Sequence record: NC_042013.1
Reading direction: 5' to 3' (one strand)
Length of the DNA: 64,000 nucleotides
The notes beneath the pieces were generated by a model that saw only the letters and a program-made list of their open reading frames with translations, did not search any database and was not told where the DNA came from. Both the position numbers and the translations under genes were made by a program. This document shows, in pieces, positions 56,899-64,000 of this stretch (its first letter is position 1; every line of letters begins with the position of its first letter).

Positions 56899-57237
56899 TC
56901 ACAATTCCTTAAAATATTCGGTGCTTAGCTCGAGCAATTCTTCATCGGAGAGAACAGTGTCAAACATATGATACTTAATTCTGTTGGCGTACTGTATTAG
57001 AATAGTCGAAAGATCAACAGACGTTTTTGCATATTCGGTGTCTATAGTAAGACCGTCTGTTACAAAAATATGTATATGATAAAATTGAATATTGGGTTTT
57101 CTTTTTATCCAAATATACGTGTTTGATTTACTTGAATACAAAAACGAAACGTTATCGTCGGGATAAGATGTTTTAAATCCTATGCGTTCTGCTTTTTGTT
57201 CCAATGATCTTACTGTCGAATTATCATAGTCGTGCAT
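56899..57237 (-). CDS. Hypothetical protein in rSAM operon
   Basis: Overlaps upstream rSAM gene. Confidence 0.65.
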   Translation of the reverse strand: MHDYDNSTVRSLEQKAERIGFKTSYPDDNVSFLYSSKSNTYIWIKRKPNIQFYHIHIFVTDGLTIDTEYAKTSVDLSTILIQYANRIKYHMFDTVLSDEELLELSTEYFKEL

Positions 57238-58327
57238 TTACGATATCTATCTCCGCGTGAACTGGCTTCATCCAGCAATCGTTCATAGTTCTTGACGGGC
57301 CATTGAAATGTTGTTGTAGAAAACAACCAAGACCACATCTGTCGAAATATTTACAGTTTGGACAATCCATCTTCGTTACGAACTTAGATTCAATTTCACC
57401 TGCGGTTTCTGGCGCTTGTTCTTTGTGCGATTGATTAAGTAAAATAGTACAACGTCCTGCTGTTGAATCTGGCATAATAGTATACGTACTTTGGCAAGAC
57501 ATTGCATTGTAATGATTTCCCATCCATTCTCGCACGGGGCTTACATTTGGATAGTTGTTGATCAAATAAACGAACATATCTTTCAATTGATGATCTTTTG
57601 GCGCATTCAAATCAAAATTTTTCTCTGGAGTATAGTAATCAAAAAACACATCAAAGTTTTCGTAAATATAATCGAAATACTTAACGTCTCCATTTAAAAA
57701 CTTTTCAATATTTGGCTTAGTAAGAATTACATTAACCGTTCCGATATACTCTTTATATATTTCAAGATTTCGTCTGAATACTTCCAACGTTTCTTTGTTA
57801 AATCTTGAATGAGGATCAAATGACGTTCCAATAGTCGCGGTTATACCCTCGAGTTTCAAATCGTTCATAAATTTTATAATTCGATCTGTTTTCTCGTGAA
57901 CAAGATTGCTAATGAAACCAAACTTAATAGTTTCATTATTTTCTATTGCCCAATGGTAGATTCTTCTGGTCAATACCAGATAACGTTCCATTATACTATC
58001 ATCAAAAATGTCTTGGAATATTTCACCGCCCATTATGTTAACGGTAAAAGTTTCTTTTCTCATTTTTTTAAGAAGAGTAATAGCATTAACAACGGTGTCA
58101 AACTTATCCTCAATGGTATCAAATCCAAACATACTATCGTGATCTTGATTGCAAAACTTACAAGTAAGATTGCAACTTTCGAAAAGAGTAAGAATTATTT
58201 CGCCATTTGTCGAACGTTTCTTTTTCAACACTGTTTCGGCAAAGGATACTTCTTTTTGTGTCTTTTCGGGTAAAGAATTATAAAGAGTTATGGACCCTTT
58301 GCCAAAAACATATTCACTCATTTTCAA
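57224..58327 (-). CDS. Radical SAM/SPASM protein 2
   Basis: CNLTCKFC; MGGEIF; SCQ...GRC, CPNCKYFDRCGLGC...C. Confidence 0.92.
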   Translation of the reverse strand: MKMSEYVFGKGSITLYNSLPEKTQKEVSFAETVLKKKRSTNGEIILTLFESCNLTCKFCNQDHDSMFGFDTIEDKFDTVVNAITLLKKMRKETFTVNIMGGEIFQDIFDDSIMERYLVLTRRIYHWAIENNETIKFGFISNLVHEKTDRIIKFMNDLKLEGITATIGTSFDPHSRFNKETLEVFRRNLEIYKEYIGTVNVILTKPNIEKFLNGDVKYFDYIYENFDVFFDYYTPEKNFDLNAPKDHQLKDMFVYLINNYPNVSPVREWMGNHYNAMSCQSTYTIMPDSTAGRCTILLNQSHKEQAPETAGEIESKFVTKMDCPNCKYFDRCGLGCFLQQHFNGPSRTMNDCWMKPVHAEIDIVNARL

Positions 58328-59117
58328 TTTTTTCCAGAATTACTCTTTGGGCTTCGATCAAATCTTTATCCGCATCTTCAAGGGTGTAATCGCTTGTTCC
58401 GATGTAATCAAATGCGGCAACCAGCGGATTTCCACTTACTACGAAGTAATCATATAAGCATTTCGAACCATACATGAATTCTTCAAACTGTTTTGTAAAA
58501 TAATGGAATTCGACACCGGGGACGGAATAAAAGATTTCCATAAACAAAGTATTTGAAAACAAATGAACAAAATTCGATCCAAATTCATTAGCATTGTCAA
58601 TGTTGTTAACAGTATCTTTTGGATCACCGAAAGCTTCAACATACGCAAGTGATGTGTACATTGCAAAAACAACCATAGAATCCATAAGAACACGATGTTT
58701 GTGAACCAAATGATGGTTCTGTTCTATAAATTCTGCAATTTCTTCTGTTGAAAGATATGGTTTATCGAAACATTTATTATAGGTATCAATACCTTTCGAC
58801 ATACACAACACTGAAGCAAATGCATTACTTAGTACAGGAATAGGCGCAATGGTGCGAGTTTCAATATACTCTTTAAGTAATGTAAATCGTTCCTCTTTTG
58901 ACGTTGCGTCGGTAATTGAAAGATCGCAATCAATCTGCAAATTACCAACGTACGTTAAGAATTTTTTATCTTTGAATAGACTGTTATCATAATCGATTAA
59001 GAAAACGATATCTGGATTTGAAAATTTTTCGCGTAACAAATCAATGTCAATAGGCGCGATAGTCTTTCTAATATCTTCATCTTTAACGCTATAGATATCA
59101 ATCATTTTATTCTCCAA
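58314..59117 (-). CDS. Hypothetical protein in rSAM operon
   Basis: Starts immediately after substrate gene stop. Confidence 0.8.
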   Translation of the reverse strand: MENKMIDIYSVKDEDIRKTIAPIDIDLLREKFSNPDIVFLIDYDNSLFKDKKFLTYVGNLQIDCDLSITDATSKEERFTLLKEYIETRTIAPIPVLSNAFASVLCMSKGIDTYNKCFDKPYLSTEEIAEFIEQNHHLVHKHRVLMDSMVVFAMYTSLAYVEAFGDPKDTVNNIDNANEFGSNFVHLFSNTLFMEIFYSVPGVEFHYFTKQFEEFMYGSKCLYDYFVVSGNPLVAAFDYIGTSDYTLEDADKDLIEAQRVILEKIENE

Positions 59118-60008
59118 TTAACGGCGTGAACGACTATTGTGGCAAGATGCGTGACAGGACGAATGGCAAAAATCAACGCCGATACTTGCAGTAACGTTTG
59201 CTGACTGATACCACATATTCTTCATACGGTCGAATACTGTTACAAGCCCATCTGCGGAAATGTATTTTCCAACTTGCTGTCCGTTAGAACTTGGTCCAGA
59301 AATAGGATCGCCAAAAACGGTGTTCAAGATAGCAACATATTCTGGAGCAGACCTAAAAGGCTCAGCCATAGAACCATAGTCGCGGGTATTTAGGAAAATA
59401 CCATAAGTGTACCATTCAGTAATATCACCCATATTATATCCGTTAAATGGCATAACTTTACCATTAAACGTTGTTGGATATGATTTTGAATTAAACGGTT
59501 GGTTAGTTGTCGCGAAACGAGCAATGAAGTTAATAACACGAACACGCGACATGATACTCGTATAATTCGCTACAGCATTTGCAACTGAACTAGGATTAGA
59601 TGTACTGATAACAGAGTTAGGAGGATTATCCTGATTAACTTCTGCGAATACTGTTTGACCCTCAATAACTTGGCCTGCGGTCTGTGGTACTTGCCCGCCA
59701 TTAGGAATATCAACACTAGGCGGTCCAAATGCAGCAGGGATAGAGCCAACATTTCGTGCCGCGCCGAAATCACCACCGGGGCTTTGTGGCATAAAGCCAC
59801 CACCACCGGGTGTTGCGTTCATAGGATCATATACGTATACACCAATTAGTGACTGATCGCTAATAGTAGGAACATTGTCACGATGCCACCTGATGGAAGA
59901 GTTTACTTGATTGACAAACCCCTCTCTGAATTTTCCAAGAATATCATCTAATGCGCCGCCAGATGTTTCGCGTGCACGAATTAGCTCTCCTCTGGTTGGA
60001 TTTGCCAT
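59118..60008 (-). CDS. Gly/Pro-rich protein ending (CHxS)3-RSRR; candidate rSAM substrate
   Basis: C-terminus FCHSSCHASCHNSRSRR; GGAGG SD. Confidence 0.85.
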   Translation of the reverse strand: MANPTRGELIRARETSGGALDDILGKFREGFVNQVNSSIRWHRDNVPTISDQSLIGVYVYDPMNATPGGGGFMPQSPGGDFGAARNVGSIPAAFGPPSVDIPNGGQVPQTAGQVIEGQTVFAEVNQDNPPNSVISTSNPSSVANAVANYTSIMSRVRVINFIARFATTNQPFNSKSYPTTFNGKVMPFNGYNMGDITEWYTYGIFLNTRDYGSMAEPFRSAPEYVAILNTVFGDPISGPSSNGQQVGKYISADGLVTVFDRMKNMWYQSANVTASIGVDFCHSSCHASCHNSRSRR

Positions 60009-60010
60009 AT

Positions 60011-61069
60011 TTAGTCCTCCTTCAAGAACATTTCAAACAGTTCATAATTATTTATGGTCTTCAAATGCTTAATCATGCTCTTTGGACTCGCGCATACATT
60101 ACCTTGCCATAGCATTTGCTGACAATCCCCGTTACAAATATCAAAAACAGGGCAATGATAACAAGCAGGATTACGAAATGCTTCGCACGCAATCTTTTTC
60201 ATTCTACCGGGATTATAAAGAAGCGTATTAATATCATCGTCAAGGTGGCCGTAATTATTGATTGGTGCATCATTAGGACATCCTCCAATCGATCCATCTG
60301 GATTGATAGTGAACATTTTGGTTTCACAATTTCTGCAAAAAACGCCACCGGTATGACCTCGATTGAATTTCTCAAGGATGCCATTCATAAAGACATTTTT
60401 AGGAGCCCATTCCCAAGCTTTTGTTTCAACAGATTGGTGCCACATTTTAAGGAACCATTCATCCATTTCAATGTTTGACGGGAATACATTTTGACTACCA
60501 ACAGCATTACCGTGGGGTGTAATACGTTCCAGTGATACCCATTTAACCCCTAGTTCTGCTGCCATTCTAAATAGTTCGATTGGTTCCTTTTGAATGGTTT
60601 TCTTACTCAACGAAACCATTAAGGTAACCTCAAATCCCTCATCAACAAGTGTCTTTAGATTTTTTCTCCAAAGTGATTCTTGCTTCTCATTTTCAAATCG
60701 AATTCCGTCATCCCAACTGGTTGCAATATATGGAAACATTGCTTCTTTCATAAATTCCAATTTTTCATCATCGAGAGTATATGTTAAGTTTGTACAAGCT
60801 GCCCAACGCATATTAGGGAATAAATCTTTACATTCATTCCAAACTTTTCTCATATCTGCAACGGGCGCAAGAAATGGTTCACCGCCGTGAAATTCAACGG
60901 TAACGTGACGCAATGTTGGTTGTGCGTGATGTAAACGTTTAAACCAATCAATTGTTTTATCTGGATCAAAATATATCTTTTTTCCAAATCTGCCGGATGT
61001 AAAACAATGTGCACAATTCAATTGGCAAGTTTCGGTTGTTTTAAGATATATCTGCAATTCTTTAAGCAT
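60011..61069 (-). CDS. Radical SAM/SPASM protein 1
   Basis: CQLNCAHC; FHGGEPF; CRNC...GSIGGC, CYHCPVFDICNGDC...C. Confidence 0.93.
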   Translation of the reverse strand: MLKELQIYLKTTETCQLNCAHCFTSGRFGKKIYFDPDKTIDWFKRLHHAQPTLRHVTVEFHGGEPFLAPVADMRKVWNECKDLFPNMRWAACTNLTYTLDDEKLEFMKEAMFPYIATSWDDGIRFENEKQESLWRKNLKTLVDEGFEVTLMVSLSKKTIQKEPIELFRMAAELGVKWVSLERITPHGNAVGSQNVFPSNIEMDEWFLKMWHQSVETKAWEWAPKNVFMNGILEKFNRGHTGGVFCRNCETKMFTINPDGSIGGCPNDAPINNYGHLDDDINTLLYNPGRMKKIACEAFRNPACYHCPVFDICNGDCQQMLWQGNVCASPKSMIKHLKTINNYELFEMFLKED

Positions 61070-61646
61070 ATCGTTCTTCCACGTTCCAAAAATTATAATA
61101 GCCGAAACTCAGCATAACGGTATCTGTTATGTTGGTTGCACAATGACGAATGCCGTTTGGCATATATAACCAATCGCCTTCATTTAACATATGAACGCCC
61201 GTTTCTGTTTCCATTTTTTTAGTACCGGAAACCATATAACAGAATACATCCGAATCGTCGTCGTGCCATCCAAACGATCCTTTACCGGCAAAACCCACAA
61301 ACATATGAACATTACAGGGTTTACTATTTAGCCGTGATATATCTTGCGCTAAGGAAAATATTTCTTCAGAATAAGTTTCCATATTTTCAACTTTAATAGG
61401 AAAACCTGAATTCATAGAATCGGAGATAAACCCTAATTGGTTCATAAGGCCATTTTTATCTTGGATATTATAACTTCTATCAAATGAGCCATCGTCATTG
61501 AGAGTAATGATTTTAACATAATCATAATCAATTGCTTTAGAATTCATCATCGCTGATGATATTGTTTTATCAATAGCAACTGGATAATTGAATTGGTAGC
61601 TTTCAAATTTGTCTAAAACGGTACGCGTTAAGAATTGAGAAATCAT
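61062..61646 (-). CDS. JmjC/cupin-like Fe(II)/2OG oxygenase
   Basis: FGWHDDDSDVF (HxD), GTKK, GDWLYMPNGIRHCA (distal His). Confidence 0.82.
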   Translation of the reverse strand: MISQFLTRTVLDKFESYQFNYPVAIDKTISSAMMNSKAIDYDYVKIITLNDDGSFDRSYNIQDKNGLMNQLGFISDSMNSGFPIKVENMETYSEEIFSLAQDISRLNSKPCNVHMFVGFAGKGSFGWHDDDSDVFCYMVSGTKKMETETGVHMLNEGDWLYMPNGIRHCATNITDTVMLSFGYYNFWNVEERYA

Positions 61647-61712
61647 GTTATTAGTTCCAAGTTATAAATTGAACGTACCATTGATTTATAAGGATTTCAA
61701 TAAAATAATGTG

Positions 61713-61764
61713 TTGACATTATTTTTGAATAGTGTATAACTGAAACATCGAAACGTTGAAGGAG
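61713..61764 (+). promoter_or_regulatory. Early promoter with leader box (repeat copy 1)
   Basis: TTGACA-N16-TATAAC, ATCGAAACG, AAGGAG. Confidence 0.85.
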
Positions 61765-61771
61765 CTTTCAT

Positions 61772-62035
61772 ATGATATTTATCGTTGAATTTACCGATTC
61801 ATTTTCGGACATTAACGGTGAAATTAGAAAAGTTTTCACGGTTGACGCTACAGCGGCAAGTGTAATAAAATCTGAGGTGACTGCTATTTATCAAAAAATG
61901 TTTGACGGATACACTAATGGTCGAGTAATGAATGAAATTATTTGGAACGATTGTAAGTTTGAAACCAACGCATTTATTAATGGAGGAATTACGGTTGTGA
62001 TTACTCCTATTGGCGATTGGCCTAACATGTCTTGA
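61772..62035 (+). CDS. Early hypothetical protein
   Basis: Follows early promoter/SD. Confidence 0.75.
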   Translation: MIFIVEFTDSFSDINGEIRKVFTVDATAASVIKSEVTAIYQKMFDGYTNGRVMNEIIWNDCKFETNAFINGGITVVITPIGDWPNMS

Positions 62036-62083
62036 CATTATTTTTGAATAGTGTATAACTGAATCATCGAAACGTTGAAGGAG
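62032..62083 (+). promoter_or_regulatory. Early promoter with leader box (repeat copy 2)
   Basis: 51 of 52 nt identical to 61713-61764. Confidence 0.85.
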
Positions 62084-62091
62084 ATTTAAAA

Positions 62092-62274
62092 ATGGAAAAT
62101 GAAGCTAATACCGTTTGCAAGTTGTACCCTCGTTACGATAATTGTGCAAAATTTGCGGCCAAAATTGAAATGGCAAAGCCTGAAGAACGTCTTTCTCTGA
62201 TCTATCAGTACGTCAAAACTAACAAAATAGGTCTTGGTGTTTTTACTAAGATGATCAGCGACTACGTAAAGTAA
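62092..62274 (+). CDS. Early hypothetical protein
   Basis: Follows early promoter/SD. Confidence 0.7.
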   Translation: MENEANTVCKLYPRYDNCAKFAAKIEMAKPEERLSLIYQYVKTNKIGLGVFTKMISDYVK

Positions 62275-62309
62275 TTTATATAAAATATAATAACATTAAG
62301 GAGAACGGT

Positions 62310-62600
62310 ATGAGTCGCGGAAAATATAGCCCGAATTGCCCACACGCGGGTGATCGTTCGTATGAATACAAGTATAATGCGGATAAACAAATTCCTCCTG
62401 AATTTGATCCAAAAACTGATGTCTACAACGAGCGCCTACATTTCGGTGATTACGATTCGGAAGGTTTTGATAGATACGGTTATTCGTCTTTTGACAGCGA
62501 CGGCAAGTTCGTTGGATTGGGTAACGGTGTTGATCGTAACGGATATACCGAAATGGACTATCTCACAATGTCGGACGACGAATTTTTCTACCACCTCTGA
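62310..62600 (+). CDS. Hypothetical protein with G(F/Y)DRxGY repeats
   Basis: AAGGAG SD; EGFDRYGY, NGVDRNGY. Confidence 0.75.
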   Translation: MSRGKYSPNCPHAGDRSYEYKYNADKQIPPEFDPKTDVYNERLHFGDYDSEGFDRYGYSSFDSDGKFVGLGNGVDRNGYTEMDYLTMSDDEFFYHL

Positions 62601-62607
62601 TTATAAA

Positions 62608-62630
62608 AAAGGGCGCTTAAAGCGCCCTTT
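62608..62630. terminator. Bidirectional terminator
   Basis: AAAGGGCGCT-taa-AGCGCCCTTT. Confidence 0.85.
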
Positions 62631-62632
62631 TG

Positions 62633-64000
62633 TTATTTGGATTTAACCGATGAAAGTACAAGACCAACTTCCTCAGTTTCCTTATCTTCAAGTGCTCGCC
62701 CTACAACCAAGGATTCCTTAATGTCCTCAAGGTATCCACGGTATGCAACCGCAACACCGGGGGTTGAACTTAGTACAAGGCGTTCACCCTTAACTACCGT
62801 TCCAACAACTTTAACAGGAACTCGACCTGTAAGTGCAACAGGAAGTGTTACACCTGATTTAGGATGTGAGTTAAGCAAGAAACCGGGCTTTGTAGAAATT
62901 ACGCCAAAATAACGCGTATCATCATGACCGTTAGTAATTGTAATTTCCGCTGAACCACCGATAGAAACAAGCGTACCTGCCTCATACTTTTCGTCTGCAT
63001 AATAATTTTCTGCCAAGTCAGCATATCGTGCTTTCGTTACTTCACCGTCAAACACGTTTGCATAGATAGTACCCCAACGCTGCGCGTTGTTACCCATATC
63101 AAACTGACCAGCAGGAACTGATGATGCGTCCAATGGAACAAAGTTATTTTTAATTTGTTCTTCGATAACCTCTTCAACAACGTCTCTCGAGATATCTTTA
63201 ATAGAATCTTGACCAGCCTGCGAGAACGAATATGTCCAAGTATATTCATTTGCACCTGTTGCTGCAAAATCAGTTAGATCACCAGAAAGAACGCCTGCTG
63301 CTGTAATCTTTTTACCGTTTGCAAACATTTCTGCTTTTTCAGCGTAATCTGTTTTTTCTGCATAAGTTGCACGTCCGTGTAGATTGATAGTAGCAATATC
63401 GTCTTGACCATCAGGGTCGCTATCGCCAGCGTAAAAATGCTTGGAGAAAATATAGCGCCATTTACTTTCAGTCGTACCAAGATCAAAAACGTTATCTGTT
63501 CCAACCGGGAAATCTGACTGGTCGCGGCGAAGGAATGCGGTAGAGTCCAAACCGTCAAGGGTTTCAGAATCGAATGCAATACCATTCATTTTCATGCCGA
63601 GAAGATGGTTCATGTTCAAACCGGCTGTAAGAACGGTCGAACCTGATTGTCCCGGTTCGTTAGTGTATGTCAAAAAGTCCATATCATCGATTTTGGAATC
63701 TTCAATATCGAAAGGTTCATTTGTCCAAACTGCAACGAGGTCGCCATTAATAACAATTTTAAGAACGTCTACACTCTGACCTGACTGATTAACAATAGTT
63801 GTATACTGCGTATAGTTATTGTCTGTTTTGCTTCCAACTGGACCAACAAGTACCCAACCATTAGGAACAAGCGACTCATCCGCACGTTTTAGATTAGGAG
63901 GGAATGTTCCAGTATTTGCCAAGGTAGCATCGTATGCCATCAACTGACGTTCAGGAAGCATCCACCACAAATCACCCTCTTGTGGGTCTGGTGGAGGGTT
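62633..64000 (-). CDS. Tail fibre-like structural protein with C-terminal chaperone/autoprotease-like domain (5' end off window)
   Basis: Frame open to window edge (NPPPDPQEGDLWWM); RYADLAENY, GVISTKPGFLLN, PVALTGRVPVKV. Confidence 0.75.
   Translation of the reverse strand, partial: NPPPDPQEGDLWWMLPERQLMAYDATLANTGTFPPNLKRADESLVPNGWVLVGPVGSKTDNNYTQYTTIVNQSGQSVDVLKIVINGDLVAVWTNEPFDIEDSKIDDMDFLTYTNEPGQSGSTVLTAGLNMNHLLGMKMNGIAFDSETLDGLDSTAFLRRDQSDFPVGTDNVFDLGTTESKWRYIFSKHFYAGDSDPDGQDDIATINLHGRATYAEKTDYAEKAEMFANGKKITAAGVLSGDLTDFAATGANEYTWTYSFSQAGQDSIKDISRDVVEEVIEEQIKNNFVPLDASSVPAGQFDMGNNAQRWGTIYANVFDGEVTKARYADLAENYYADEKYEAGTLVSIGGSAEITITNGHDDTRYFGVISTKPGFLLNSHPKSGVTLPVALTGRVPVKVVGTVVKGERLVLSSTPGVAVAYRGYLEDIKESLVVGRALEDKETEEVGLVLSSVKSK

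Overview
AT-rich segment of a T4-superfamily-like jumbo myophage genome in standard genetic code. Core modules: UvsW/UvsY/UvsX/gp32 recombination, NrdAB plus two glutaredoxins, dNMP kinase, terminase, neck/tail genes (gp4, gp13, gp14, gp15, gp18, gp19), lysozyme and fibre-like proteins. Between them sit small early genes behind a repeated promoter/leader (TTGAC-N16-TATAAC...ATCGAAACG...AGGAG, 13 copies). Most notable: (1) a 9-gene coupled operon with four radical SAM/SPASM enzymes, a JmjC-like oxygenase and a 296-aa protein ending CHSSCHASCHNSRSRR, a RiPP-like modification system; (2) terL split in two genes by an atypically split Ser1/Thr+1 intein; (3) tRNA-Leu(UAA) with a 278-nt group I intron; (4) a second tRNA with a 48-nt structured anticodon-loop insertion beside an HNH gene; (5) a tRNA-trailer hairpin whose loop is antisense to the shared early leader; (6) promoters inside RBS-sequestering hairpins; (7) phage NadE, Ro60/TROVE and Pth2; (8) four tandem genes sharing a C-terminal tag. 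All calls come from motif recognition by eye; no searches were run. The clade (Rak2/GAP32/Atu_ph07-like) and an alphaproteobacterial host are inferences.
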